Source of the DNA: Candidatus Delongbacteria bacterium
Lineage (GTDB): Bacteria; CAIWAD01
NCBI GenBank assembly: GCA_963663545.1
Contig: OY760505.1
Coordinates: 1,216,001 to 1,280,000 of the forward strand
Direction of reading: 5' to 3'
DNA: 64,000 bases
Position 1 is the stretch's first letter, and each line of letters opens with the position of its first letter. The translations under genes and the position numbers were made by a program. Shown here piece by piece: positions 1 to 9,929 of the stretch. The notes under the pieces were generated by a model. The model made no database searches. It was not told the origin of the DNA and was given only the letters and a program-made list of their open reading frames with translations.

Positions 1-526
1 TGTTCTCGCTGCCATTGGCGCACTCGTCGCAAATCATGACGCCATCCGGATCCCAGGCCAGGGCACCGTTGCCCGTACCATCGACCAGGCGGTTCATGTA
101 GATGTCGCCGGACAGGTCGTCGCGGAAGTCAATCCAGCTGACAAGGGCGCCGCCTGCCTCATCGGTAATCAACACCGGATCCTCTTGACGGATCACATCG
201 GCGTTGACAATGAGACAATCCACGCTTTCGCCACCGTGTGTATCACTCCACTGCTTGGGTGCAGCAGGACTGGACGCATCGACCTTCTGTGCGAAAAGAT
301 CGCGCAAGCCGAAGCGAGTATCGGACCAGCTGATGATGAACTCGCCGTTCGCGCCATTCTCAGCGGAGCGCTGCCACTCGATGTGGTAGCCCTGACGCAC
401 GGGAGTTCCGTCGACCAGATCCCAGTACATGGGCGGATCAACGGCGACCACGGTCTGCAAGAGGCCGGTGGCGCCCAACGCCAACAGGCCGTTCAGAATC
501 AGAGGAGCGGTGAGGAATCGCTTCAT
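1..526 (-). CDS. Secreted protein, N-terminal part only (runs off the window start); probable beta-propeller-like repeat surface protein
   Basis: Manual translation from ATG at 526: MKRFLTAPLILNGLLALGATGLLQTVVA (signal-like), then 'IISWSDTRFGLRDLFAQKV' and 'DEAGGALVSWIDFRDDLSGDIYMNRL' W-x-D-x-R repeats; no stop before position 1. Confidence 0.75.
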   Translation of the reverse strand, partial: MKRFLTAPLILNGLLALGATGLLQTVVAVDPPMYWDLVDGTPVRQGYHIEWQRSAENGANGEFIISWSDTRFGLRDLFAQKVDASSPAAPKQWSDTHGGESVDCLIVNADVIRQEDPVLITDEAGGALVSWIDFRDDLSGDIYMNRLVDGTGNGALAWDPDGVMICDECANGSEN

Positions 527-563
527 GTTCTCCAGTTCCTCGTTTTGGTATTGGTTGTTCTTG

Positions 564-1685
564 TCAATTCAAGGGGTTGTTGAGAATCAGCAGACCGTCA
601 TTGCGATCGGCCACATAGATTCTGCCGTGGGCCAGCCGGATACGCTGCGCATAGTGGCTCACATACTGCCAGCGCTGACTGGGATGAGCGGGATCTGTCA
701 GATCCAGCACCAGGGTTCCCTTTGAGCTGTTGGCCAGAAAAGCATGCTGCTCACTCAGCTCAACATCCAGTGTAGTACCGCCGGGCTCGTGCAGGCTGCG
801 CAGGTAAGGACGACTGGGATCGCTGACATCGACAATGGCCAATCCGTCACCGCCAAGCGCGATAGCTGCCAGATCTCCGTCCACGTCCAGACGAATAGCG
901 TCTCCGGGCAAACGCAGCGTGGCAATTTCCTCAAGGTTCATCGGCATGCGCGAACCGGCAATGCGGAAGATCTTCAGGCCATACTCGCCATTCGCCAGGT
1001 AAATGATGTCATCCACGACCACAAGGTCGTTGCCGTCGTTCTCGTATTCGTCCGTGCGCAGAGTCGAAAAGTACTCCGAAGTGGGGTTCGCGCCCGTGTA
1101 GAACCACAGGCCGGGGCTTGACGCCGGAGCCTCCACCGGATCGGTCAACCATTTGTGACACAACAGGCCATCACTGCGATCGCTGTAATACATGTAGTAA
1201 TAGTCGCGCTCAACGACTACGTCGTCTTCAATGCTTGAGACAGCCTCGGTAAGCACGAACTCGTTGTTGACGCCGCTGGCAAAGAATGTGCGAATGTAAA
1301 CGGGCGCTAGTGGATCGCTGACATCGAACACCAACAGGTTCGTGGCCAGCTTGGCAAAAAGCAGATGGTCGTCCACCAGATAGCTCGAAATGAAAGTGTC
1401 ATCATTTGGGTCATACAAGCTACCCAGGTCGGGAGCACCGCCAACAGGTACGGGCGCGGACTCCATGTTGAGGTCAAAAGTCAGGATTCCACGGCGGTTG
1501 TTGCTAAGCACATAGAGCGCGTTCTCGCCAACAGAAATATCGGCGACATCGTCATAGACGTCGCTCCAGACGCCGATCAGCTGCAACTCAGTTTCCAGAG
1601 CGTCCTGACGCTCGGCACATGAATTCAGCAACAGGGGAAGGGCCAGGCACAGGCCGGTGATACACAGGTTATGCAGTCTGGACAT
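564..1685 (-). CDS. LVIVD-repeat lipoprotein
   Basis: Lipobox LLNSC; repeats such as 'YLANGEYGLKIF', 'GLAIVDVSDPSRP', 'GTLVLDLTDPAHP', 'IYVADRNDGLLIL'. Confidence 0.85.
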   Translation of the reverse strand: MSRLHNLCITGLCLALPLLLNSCAERQDALETELQLIGVWSDVYDDVADISVGENALYVLSNNRRGILTFDLNMESAPVPVGGAPDLGSLYDPNDDTFISSYLVDDHLLFAKLATNLLVFDVSDPLAPVYIRTFFASGVNNEFVLTEAVSSIEDDVVVERDYYYMYYSDRSDGLLCHKWLTDPVEAPASSPGLWFYTGANPTSEYFSTLRTDEYENDGNDLVVVDDIIYLANGEYGLKIFRIAGSRMPMNLEEIATLRLPGDAIRLDVDGDLAAIALGGDGLAIVDVSDPSRPYLRSLHEPGGTTLDVELSEQHAFLANSSKGTLVLDLTDPAHPSQRWQYVSHYAQRIRLAHGRIYVADRNDGLLILNNPLN

Positions 1686-2013
1686 GCAGGATAGCTTCCT
1701 TGGCTTGCTTCCATCTTACTCTTCACGCTTCCATGCCCATGCATGGAGTGCGACCCCACAACATAGTGAAGCCCGAACGAAGGAGAGCGGAGTTGCCTAT
1801 ACAGCACTCCGCAAGCGGGTTTCGATGGATTGGACTGTGCAAAAACCAAGCCGAGTCCATCGCCCGCATCGCTCATTGTTTCTTAACAACTTGATTATGC
1901 TGCTGCGTGAAGCTCTGTGCGAAATGTCAAACCCGACAGACAGCGGACAGGCAGGGCAAGACTCCATCTGTGTCGGCTGTAAAGGCGCGGCGCTCGATGA
2001 ATGGACTGAAACT

Positions 2014-3414
2014 CTAGAAGGCGCCCTTGCGGAAGAGCACGGCGGGTACGGTCCGCAACAGAATGGAGATATCCAGCAAAATCGACCAGTTGCGGATGTA
2101 GTAGAAGTCGTACTCCAGGTTGAAATGCAGCGGAAGATCTTTGCGACCTGAAATTTGCCAGATGCCTGTAATCCCCTGCGGCACATCCAGGCGACGGCGC
2201 TGCCAGGGTTCATAGGTCTCAACGATGAAGGGCATTTCAGGCCTTGGCCCCACCATGCTCATGTCACCCTTGAGGACATTGAAGAGCTGCGGCAATTCGT
2301 CCAGGCTGCTCGAGCGCAAGAAGCGGCCAATAGGCGTGATACGCGAATCGCTCTGATCACCTGGGGCAACCTGATAGGGATTGGTGTTGTGATACATGGT
2401 GCGGAACTTGTGCAGGCGAAAGATTTTGCCATCCTGCCCCACACGATCATGGCTGAAAAGCACAGGGCCCTCCGAGCTCATGCGAACGGCAATGGCAACA
2501 CCGACAAAAAGCGGCGACGCCAGAACCAGCGCCACACTGACCATGATCAGATCCAGCACGCGTTTGACGGCCAGCGAGAAGGGATGCAAATGGCCGTCCT
2601 TCAATTGTATCACAGGGAATTCGCCGATATCATCGATCTTCACGCGCTCGGCAATTACTTCGATCAGATCCTGCTTGACGATCTTGAAGTGAACCTTGGC
2701 CGCTTCGCATTGCACCACCAGATTCAGCGTATCATTCTGATTCAGACTGGGAATGGCGAGAAAGACCTCCTCCACTCCATTTTTAATCAGTGTGTCAGCC
2801 AGGTTCTCGCTACTGCCGATAACCGGAACGCCGTCGATCTGGCTCTCCAACTCATCGGCCTTCTTGTCGATGAAGCCGACCAGCTCGTACCCGATTTCGG
2901 GATGCGTGCGCAAGTGCCGTGCTACTCTGCGCCCTGTATCACCGGCTCCTATCACAGCAGCGCGAATCAGGCCGATGCCGCGCTCCCGCAGCTGGGTCTT
3001 GATATACCGCAGCAGACTGCGGCTGGCGTAGAGGTAGATGGCATGGAAGGCTGCGGCAGTGAAAATGACCGCACGGCTGATGTCGCCGTGGCGGAAAACG
3101 AAGTCGACGAAAATCGTCGCGAAAAAAAGGCCCAGCGCTGTCTTGTAGATGTCGCGAACCTCGTTCAGCGAGCTGATTTTCCCTTTGTGGCGGTAAGCGC
3201 GAAATCCGGCCAGTACCGCGACCCAACCGATGAGCATCTTGGGCAACACGACCAGGTAGGAATCCAGCGGATTGATTGGCAGCAGACCGCCGCCATTGAT
3301 CGCGGTCATGATATTGCGAATCTGCCAGGCAGCAACCCACAGCAGGCCAAGGCAAAGAGTATCGGCAAGCAACAGAATGAGACTGACTAGAAAAGCCCGC
3401 CATGTGGACTTCAC
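2014..3414 (-). CDS. Priming sugar transferase (undecaprenyl-phosphate glycosylphosphotransferase, WcaJ/WbaP family)
   Basis: N-terminal TM helices, CoA-binding-like 'AAVIGAGDTG', and C-terminal Bac_transf motifs 'KRVLD', 'KFRTM', 'SLDELPQLFNVLKGDMSMVGPRP', 'GITGIWQ'. Confidence 0.92.
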   Translation of the reverse strand: MKSTWRAFLVSLILLLADTLCLGLLWVAAWQIRNIMTAINGGGLLPINPLDSYLVVLPKMLIGWVAVLAGFRAYRHKGKISSLNEVRDIYKTALGLFFATIFVDFVFRHGDISRAVIFTAAAFHAIYLYASRSLLRYIKTQLRERGIGLIRAAVIGAGDTGRRVARHLRTHPEIGYELVGFIDKKADELESQIDGVPVIGSSENLADTLIKNGVEEVFLAIPSLNQNDTLNLVVQCEAAKVHFKIVKQDLIEVIAERVKIDDIGEFPVIQLKDGHLHPFSLAVKRVLDLIMVSVALVLASPLFVGVAIAVRMSSEGPVLFSHDRVGQDGKIFRLHKFRTMYHNTNPYQVAPGDQSDSRITPIGRFLRSSSLDELPQLFNVLKGDMSMVGPRPEMPFIVETYEPWQRRRLDVPQGITGIWQISGRKDLPLHFNLEYDFYYIRNWSILLDISILLRTVPAVLFRKGAF

Positions 3415-3553
3415 AAAATCCTCCCGAGCGCATCATAATGGATCACAGAGCCGTACGAGGCCCATCGTCCGATTCAACCGGCCAAGGCCCTTCGCGCCAG
3501 CAGGGCGTAATCCATGACTGGCACCGGGCACAAAGTAGAAAATTGCCATTGGA

Positions 3554-4276
3554 TCAATCGTCGTAGTAGCGGAAGGCGTCTCCCACCCAGGTTGCATCCT
3601 GCACAGAGTACCGCTGCCCGTTGCGTCCGCTGGCGGGTTCAAGGATGGGAACCAAAGCGCCGGGAAGTACGCTGTCAACGTCGTGGTCTGCCTGTGGCCC
3701 CCCAAGATCAGTTCGCAACCAGCCCGGATCGATCGTGTTGATCAACACATTTGTGTCACGCAGATGAGCCGCCAGATCCTGAGTGTACTTGTCCACCGCG
3801 GCCTTGGAAGCGCCATAAGGTGCCAGCTGAGGCAGATCACGGATTCCCGAGCTGACGTTGACAATGCGCCCGAATCCGCGCTCGATCATAGCTGGAACAA
3901 AGGCCGTGCACAACTCCACAAGAGCATACACGTTGATCGCCATTGTGCGCTCCCATGTATCACGTCCGATCTCCCAGACATCCTGCCAGGGAAGCTGCAC
4001 AGCGGCATTGTTGTAGAGCACATCGATGCCGACTTCGCAAGCCTTCACAGCCTCGATCACCTGGTTCACACCAGCCTGCGTATCCAGTTCGCCGGCTACT
4101 TCGTAACAACGGATCTCAGATGCTGCCAGCAATCCGTGTGTCTGCCGCAGGTTCTCGCAGTGTCGCGCATGTATCACAAGATTGCAGCCATGTTCGGCCA
4201 GACCCACGGCCACGCGCTGACCGATTCCGCGGCTGGCTCCGGTAACGAGCGCCCACTTGCCATCCAACAGCTTCAT
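3554..4276 (-). CDS. Short-chain dehydrogenase/reductase (SDR)
   Basis: TGASRGIG, NNAA and YGASK motifs. Confidence 0.92.
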   Translation of the reverse strand: MKLLDGKWALVTGASRGIGQRVAVGLAEHGCNLVIHARHCENLRQTHGLLAASEIRCYEVAGELDTQAGVNQVIEAVKACEVGIDVLYNNAAVQLPWQDVWEIGRDTWERTMAINVYALVELCTAFVPAMIERGFGRIVNVSSGIRDLPQLAPYGASKAAVDKYTQDLAAHLRDTNVLINTIDPGWLRTDLGGPQADHDVDSVLPGALVPILEPASGRNGQRYSVQDATWVGDAFRYYDD

Positions 4277-4372
4277 CCACCACCTCCAGGTTCATGGAAA
4301 CAGAATGCCCGGGAAAGATGGCAGAGTATCTTGAAAACGCCTGGCGGTGATACAGCGCTCAACAAGTCTCGT

Positions 4373-5050
4373 TCAACCCAGCTTGATCAGCTGGAACAGG
4401 CGGTTGAAGCGCTCCGATTCAGGAAAGAACACCTTTCTCTCCGCATGGATTTCGAAATGGCCCTTCAGCAACTCGCGCAGTGTTTCGTCCTTCAGATCCC
4501 ACAGGTACAAGCCGGATTTCTCGCTATAGAAGAAAGGCGCCACTTCTGTGAAGTAGTCGTCCTCAAGCGCCTCTGGCGGCAGATTCTGATTCAGTTTAAT
4601 GAGCAGCCGGCCACCCGGGCGTAATACACGGTACACGTCGTCCAGCACGCGACGGGCGTCGACGGGCAGGATATTGTCGATAAGATTGAAAAGCACGCAG
4701 CACTCGAAGGAGTGTTCTTGAAGCTCCGTAAGCTGCTCTACCCCTCCAGCAATGAACTCAGTCTGTGACACAAGGCCATTCTCGCGCGCTGCCTTCTGCG
4801 CCACTTCAATAGCTATGGGCGAGATATCGATACCAAGACCACGTTGCATGCCAAGTCCCATGCTGCGTATCACAATACTCCCCGTACCACACCCGAAATC
4901 CAGCACGGCGCCGGATCTCTCGCAAAGCCAGGCAAGGGCGTTCTCGATATCAGCCCAGGGATGCGGAGTACCCATTTGGTAAACGCGTCCGCTATCCAGG
5001 ACCTGCTGAAAGCGCTGGTCCCAAAACTCAATTGTCGACTGATACGGCAT
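4373..5050 (-). CDS. Class I SAM-dependent methyltransferase (paralog A)
   Basis: VLDFGCGTG, 'GIDIS', 'RVLRPGGRLLI'; ATG at 5050 follows an AAGGAG SD. Confidence 0.88.
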   Translation of the reverse strand: MPYQSTIEFWDQRFQQVLDSGRVYQMGTPHPWADIENALAWLCERSGAVLDFGCGTGSIVIRSMGLGMQRGLGIDISPIAIEVAQKAARENGLVSQTEFIAGGVEQLTELQEHSFECCVLFNLIDNILPVDARRVLDDVYRVLRPGGRLLIKLNQNLPPEALEDDYFTEVAPFFYSEKSGLYLWDLKDETLRELLKGHFEIHAERKVFFPESERFNRLFQLIKLG

Positions 5051-5095
5051 GATCCGACTCCTTGGCAATTGTGATACACACTTTGATGTCTATAC

Positions 5096-5776
5096 TCAGA
5101 CACTTCGCTGCAGGTAATACAAGCGGTGATAGTTCCCTGCATTTGATAGCCGCACTCGTTCCTTGCGAAGTAGTTCAAACTTGCCCTCAAGCAGCTCGCA
5201 CAGTTTCTCCTCGCTCAACGACCAGAGATAGAGACCGTTGCGGGCGCGATAGAAACCGGGGCTCAGTTCCTCGAAGCGCTCCGGATCGAAGTAGGTGCGA
5301 TCACGATCCTGGTTCAGCTTGATCAAAAGGCGCGCCCCTGGCGTGAGGATGCGAGCGCATTCCGTCAGTACTCGCTGCGCGTCCTCGGGTAGAATGTTGT
5401 CTAGAATGTTGAAGAGCACGGCGCCGTCCATTGTACACGAAGCCATCTCCCGCAATGCCTCCACGCCGCCTGTCTGAAAGCGGGCGCGCTCCTGCAGTTG
5501 ATTCGCCAGCGCCCATCGTCGCGCCAGCTCCACACCGTGCTCCGACAACTCAAATCCCACTCCTTGTTGCCCGCCAATGGCGAGCGTGCGCAAGAGAATG
5601 GCCCCGCTGCCGCTTGCGAAATCCAGGATGCATCCCTGCGTCTCTGCAAGCCATTGCATGGCCTCTTCCAGCTCCGGATACGTGTAGGGCACGCCAGCAT
5701 TCATGTTTTTCTGCGACTGCAGAAGTTCGCCGAAGCGCTTGTCCCAAAAGAGCTTGGTGCTTGCGTAAGGACTCAT
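5096..5776 (-). CDS. Class I SAM-dependent methyltransferase (paralog B)
   Basis: ILDFASGSG, 'RILTPGARLLI'; colinear similarity to 4373..5050. Confidence 0.85.
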   Translation of the reverse strand: MSPYASTKLFWDKRFGELLQSQKNMNAGVPYTYPELEEAMQWLAETQGCILDFASGSGAILLRTLAIGGQQGVGFELSEHGVELARRWALANQLQERARFQTGGVEALREMASCTMDGAVLFNILDNILPEDAQRVLTECARILTPGARLLIKLNQDRDRTYFDPERFEELSPGFYRARNGLYLWSLSEEKLCELLEGKFELLRKERVRLSNAGNYHRLYYLQRSV

Positions 5777-5957
5777 GGGCTCCTCCTGAATCGCGGCTTA
5801 TGCTTGCCTGAATTGGCCACATTCTGGGTGTCTTGCCTGCTGGAGATGAGGTCCGCCAGCTACATACGGAAAATTTCGATAACGCGAGACTAATAATCAA
5901 ATTTTCAAATGTTTAGCTACACATCAAATTCTTGTGGCAATAAGGGAGCATAGGAAT

Positions 5958-5993
5958 TGCGGAGCCCTGTCGGCCTCCCGGCAAGGCTCCGCA
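5958..5993 (-). terminator. Hairpin downstream of rsgA (probable terminator)
   Basis: TGCGGAGCC...GGCTCCGCA inverted repeat just after the rsgA stop; U-tract weak. Confidence 0.5.
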
Positions 5994-6006
5994 TTCAGTA
6001 CTTGTA

Positions 6007-7068
6007 TCACCGTCTGCGCTTCTTGGCCTGCTTCAAAAACCGGCCAAAATCACGCTCTTTGTGGCGTCGTTCCAGTTGAGACAATTGGTGGAAGTCGGAC
6101 TCCTCTTTCAACTTGCGGTAGTTGTCGTAATGCTCCTGGAGGATGCGGCCTTCGGCTAGCGCTGCGTGCACGGCACAACCGGGTTCGCCGCTGTGAGTGC
6201 AATCGCGGAAGCGACAGCCTGAAGCCAATTGTGCAATGTCCGCAAAGCCACTGTTCAAGCCAGCTTCACCCGCCAACACACCAAACTCGCGCATCCCCGG
6301 GTTGTCAATCACCAAAGCCCCGCCCTGAAGCAGAATCAGCTCACGGCGGACCGTAGTATGCGTGCCTTCTCCCGTAGCGCTGACTCCTGCGGTCAATTGT
6401 GTATCACGACCTGACAAATGATTGATCAGCGTACTCTTGCCAACTCCTGAAGAGCCGACGAAGCAGTAGGTGTGCGCCACTTTGAGTTGCTGTCTGAACT
6501 CGTCAACGCCCCGTTGTGTCGCATGACTCAGAGTGAACACCTGTGCGCAGATTCCAGCGCTGTGTATCACACCAAGTTGTTCGGCCAGCTCTTCTGGTGT
6601 CACCAAGTCGGTTTTGGTCAGAAGAATTAGCGCCTCGGCACCACCTTCTTCGATCATCAGCAGGTAGCGTTCCAAGCGCTTCAGGTTGAAATCATAGTGG
6701 CAGGACATGACCACAACTACGAAATCGACGTTGGCGGCGATCATCTGTTGTGTCACGCTGCGACCTGCCGTCTTTCGACTGATTTCACTTTTTCGATCAA
6801 GCAGACTTTGTATCACACAACCTTCTGCAGATGAGCTTTTGCGCACGCAGACCCAGTCGCCAACACAGGGCAGGTCGCTGGCCTTAGAATTGTGATACAG
6901 CATGCTGCCGGGAAGTGTAGCACGAAATGGTTCTGTGTGATCCATTAACAGCAACTGGCCGCGATCAACAGCAACAACTCGTGCAAAACGATGTGTGGAA
7001 GAATAGCCCTGACTATACTCGAAGTACTCGTCCCAGCCGAGTGCTTCCAATTCCGGATGTTTGCTCAT
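6007..7068 (-). CDS. rsgA: Ribosome small subunit-dependent GTPase A
   Basis: OB fold 'VGDWV', 'TKTDL', GSSGVGKST, 'HTT', 'DNPG', Zn site CRFRDCTHSGEPGC. Confidence 0.95.
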   Translation of the reverse strand: MSKHPELEALGWDEYFEYSQGYSSTHRFARVVAVDRGQLLLMDHTEPFRATLPGSMLYHNSKASDLPCVGDWVCVRKSSSAEGCVIQSLLDRKSEISRKTAGRSVTQQMIAANVDFVVVVMSCHYDFNLKRLERYLLMIEEGGAEALILLTKTDLVTPEELAEQLGVIHSAGICAQVFTLSHATQRGVDEFRQQLKVAHTYCFVGSSGVGKSTLINHLSGRDTQLTAGVSATGEGTHTTVRRELILLQGGALVIDNPGMREFGVLAGEAGLNSGFADIAQLASGCRFRDCTHSGEPGCAVHAALAEGRILQEHYDNYRKLKEESDFHQLSQLERRHKERDFGRFLKQAKKRRR

Positions 7069-7173
7069 GATAGTACTCTATTGGCCGCTGCCGACAGCAG
7101 CGGTGTGTCACGATAAACTAAACCTTGACGTGCAGCCTGTGCTGCAGGACGCCGCTATCCGGTCGTCCGTGTG

Positions 7174-7191
7174 TCAGACAATCTCCGACAT
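7174..7191 (-). promoter_or_regulatory. Putative leader peptide uORF (MSEIV*) upstream of rsgA
   Basis: AGAGG-ctgg-ATG TCG GAG ATT GTC TGA, followed by three hairpins before the rsgA start. Confidence 0.45.
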
Positions 7192-7281
7192 CCAGCCTCT
7201 AAAGTGGTAGTACAACAGAACGGTCAAGGGTACGAAAGACGACGCGCACGTGCAAGGCACGTGCTGTCCGGGACCTAAGTG

Positions 7282-7314
7282 AAAAGCCCCCGACAGCGTA
7301 CGGCCATCGGGGGC
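7282..7314 (-). terminator. Intrinsic terminator
   Basis: Minus-strand RNA GCCCCCGAUGGC-loop-GCUGUCGGGGGC-UUUU after the OMP gene. Confidence 0.7.
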
Positions 7315-7340
7315 GTGTTTTACTTGAAGTGAGGCGAAGT

Positions 7341-8060
7341 CTAGAAGTAGTAGTTGAGGGAGATTGCGGAGTAGCTGAGCTTGATGCTCAGATCAATCTC
7401 GTCGTTCCAATCGCTAGTGGAGCTGCTGCTATCCCACTCATTAGAACTGCTATCCGAGTCTTCAACCTTGTTGAAGAGCATGCGGATGCCGTACTCTCCA
7501 CCAACGCTGAAATGCTCGCTGAAGAAGTACTCCACACCACCACCAAGGGTCAGACCCCAGAAGCTGAGCACTTCCTTGGCGAAATCCTCGGCTTCTCCAT
7601 CGTCTCCCGAGTCCTTGTAGATGCCGTGATCAACCAACTCAGTTCCTTCGAAATCCCAATACTCTGTGGTATTGCTTGTCTCAACACTGACAAAGGGCAT
7701 CGAGAAGAAGACACTTCCCAACAGATAGGGACGAATCCCACTGTCTTTGAAGTAGTACTTGGCTCCAATCTGTGGGAGGATCAGCAGCGCGCTTCCTTCA
7801 TACTCATCCGTTTCAAGCTCGCGATACCCGTAATCCGAGTATTCGCTATGGTAAGTGTAGTCGTCAGTGGTAGTATTCGACACCTTGATGCCGACAATAT
7901 CGAGTCCGAGGAAGGGAAGCAGGCGCCCCTGCTGCATACCTAAATACGCTGAGTTCAGCGTTGCCCCGGGCTTGACGCCAAAGACGAGACTACTCTCTGC
8001 CTGAACCGGAGCCAGAAGCGCAACGCTCAGAAGTCCAGCAAGCAAGCACATTCCACGCAT
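7341..8060 (-). CDS. Outer-membrane beta-barrel protein
   Basis: Signal peptide from ATG 8060 (AGGAG SD); 'IGAKYYF', 'GGGVEYFFSEHFSVGGEY'; C-terminal 'ISLNYYF' beta-signal. Confidence 0.85.
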   Translation of the reverse strand: MRGMCLLAGLLSVALLAPVQAESSLVFGVKPGATLNSAYLGMQQGRLLPFLGLDIVGIKVSNTTTDDYTYHSEYSDYGYRELETDEYEGSALLILPQIGAKYYFKDSGIRPYLLGSVFFSMPFVSVETSNTTEYWDFEGTELVDHGIYKDSGDDGEAEDFAKEVLSFWGLTLGGGVEYFFSEHFSVGGEYGIRMLFNKVEDSDSSSNEWDSSSSTSDWNDEIDLSIKLSYSAISLNYYF

Positions 8061-8236
8061 ATCTACTCCTTTGTGATTCAAGAAACAGCAAGAGAGAAAC
8101 AGCGAGCGGAATCTACTCATGCTCTTTCTTGATCAATTTCCCGCTTGTGCAGGTTTTCCCATGAGATTCGTGTGTCACACAGAACTGCATGCTGTGTGCG
8201 CTCCCCATTGTAACAAATCGGAGTATTCAGAAGAAC

Positions 8237-8271
8237 AAAAAAGCCCCCAGCCAGCTTTCGCTATCGGGGGC
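8237..8271 (-). terminator. Intrinsic terminator
   Basis: GCCCCCGAUAGC-GAAA-GCUGGCUGGGGGC-UUUUUU on the minus strand. Confidence 0.7.
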
Positions 8272-8312
8272 GAGTGATCGTACAAAGGCCCTGTAGAGGG
8301 TTGAAAGTTAAC

Positions 8313-9866
8313 CTAGCGCACCAGCACCATTTTCTTGCTCAGACTGCCCGCATCGCTTTGCAACGTGTACACATAGACGCCGCTGCTAAGATCGCTTGCA
8401 TCGAAGCTAAGTGTGTGTGCACCAGCTTCCATCAGACCACTTGCCAACACGGCTACTTCCTGTCCGGCCAAATTGTACACCGCCAACGTTGCCGGGCCTG
8501 TCTCGGTCAAACTGAAGCTGATGCTCGTGCTGGGATTGAAAGGATTCGGGTAATTCTGCTCCAAAGCAAAGCCAGTGGGGGTTTCTTCGGCTGCGGCCGA
8601 TCCACAGTTCTCCACATCGATGCGCACTTCGTAGTCACCGCAGATTTCGTAGTAGCCAGTTAGAATGAGGTAGTACTCGCCAGGAGGAAGCGGTTGGTCG
8701 CAACTGTACTGAAACTCGGCCATGTAATTGTCTGCTTCAAGTCCATCGTTGTACAGCACAAAGTCTGCTTCCGGGTCGAACTCTGGATCACAAGGCGAAT
8801 GATCAGCAAAAAGATATACATCGGTATCATAGTCCGTGCCGGGCAGGACCGTTGTAAGCGTGAAAGCCAGGGGCTGTTCTGTTTCCAGGCGATAGCAAAC
8901 ATCGCCAGAGTAGCTGGCCACCACATCCGGTGCAAGGATGTTGTCGCCGGTGTCTGTCCAGTGTCCGCCGGTCAGGTCAATCTCGGTGATACTCTGGTCC
9001 AGACAGGGATCGTAGTCGCAGGGCAGATACTGAACAAAGAGCTCATAGTCGCCCACAAACATTTCACTTGAATCGACCACCAGGTAGTAGGTGCCGGCGT
9101 CCAGGCAGCCAGTGTTGGTAAAAAAGCCAAAAAAGAACACCAGATCATCAGGATCCTGGCTACCCAACAAGAACACATTGTGGAAGTAGTTTCCCGTTGT
9201 GCCAAAGCGCAGAGTGGTCGGCTCGGTTAGAACAAGCTCGTAGGCGACTTCAGGACCGTCGAATCCGCCAAAGAGGAGATAATCGTTGATTGCACTGCTG
9301 CACTCTAGGTCGGTTGTTCCCTCGTAATATCCTGTTTCTGTAATAACTTCCATATCAGCGAACGGATCGCAGGGTTCATCTGTCTGACAGGAAGTACAAG
9401 TCAAGGTCAGAGTGTACTCAGCAAACGCCCAGTCCCAGTTGTTGACGACGATGAAGTAATGACCGGGCTCTTGACACTCCCTGACAATGCTCTCGTTGTC
9501 AGTCATGCTCTCGCTGTAATCAACTTCATAGACTGAATCACAGGTACCGCGATATAGATACAAGTCCAAGTCGGAATCGGAGTCGGAGAAGAGCAGTTCG
9601 ATTTCAAGGGTTTGGCTAGTAGCGATGTCCAATGCATAGAAGTGCGTGAGCACCGTTGATGACAACTCGCTCTCTACCACCTGTCCGCAGCTGATGGGAA
9701 TGGCATCCTCGCAGGTTTGCCCACTCTCTCCGTCTCTGGATGCCGTAGCTGCAAACAGATCGCGGTCCCCCTTGCTCCTGTCGTACGCTCTATCCCGGTC
9801 AGCGTACGCGCTTGCCGCAAACGCACACAGCAGACCGAGCGCTAACAAGCACTTCGCTGTCTTCAT
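8313..9866 (-). CDS. Secreted acidic Cys-rich repeat protein (PPC-like domains) with T9SS type A sorting domain, paralog A
   Basis: Signal peptide; three roughly 120-aa modules ('DLDLYLY', 'GPEVAYEL', 'GTYYLVVD'); tail 'QNYPNPFNPSTSISF...SGVYVYTL...KKMVLVR'. Confidence 0.85.
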   Translation of the reverse strand: MKTAKCLLALGLLCAFAASAYADRDRAYDRSKGDRDLFAATASRDGESGQTCEDAIPISCGQVVESELSSTVLTHFYALDIATSQTLEIELLFSDSDSDLDLYLYRGTCDSVYEVDYSESMTDNESIVRECQEPGHYFIVVNNWDWAFAEYTLTLTCTSCQTDEPCDPFADMEVITETGYYEGTTDLECSSAINDYLLFGGFDGPEVAYELVLTEPTTLRFGTTGNYFHNVFLLGSQDPDDLVFFFGFFTNTGCLDAGTYYLVVDSSEMFVGDYELFVQYLPCDYDPCLDQSITEIDLTGGHWTDTGDNILAPDVVASYSGDVCYRLETEQPLAFTLTTVLPGTDYDTDVYLFADHSPCDPEFDPEADFVLYNDGLEADNYMAEFQYSCDQPLPPGEYYLILTGYYEICGDYEVRIDVENCGSAAAEETPTGFALEQNYPNPFNPSTSISFSLTETGPATLAVYNLAGQEVAVLASGLMEAGAHTLSFDASDLSSGVYVYTLQSDAGSLSKKMVLVR

Positions 9867-9913
9867 GATGTTCTCCCGTTCTGTGGAATGTCACCGTTTG
9901 ATACAGAGAACAC

Positions 9914-9929
9914 AGCAGAATTCGTGCCA
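9914..9929 (-). promoter_or_regulatory. Sigma54 (-24/-12) promoter candidate
   Basis: Minus strand TGGCACGAATTCTGCT versus consensus TGGCACG-N4-TTGCW, about 48 bp upstream of ATG 9866. Confidence 0.7.

Noticed and set aside
4373..5776. Tandem methyltransferases as the DNA methylase behind the iterated motif
   Set aside because: No N6/N4 (D/N/S)PPY or C5 PC catalytic motif or target-recognition domain is visible
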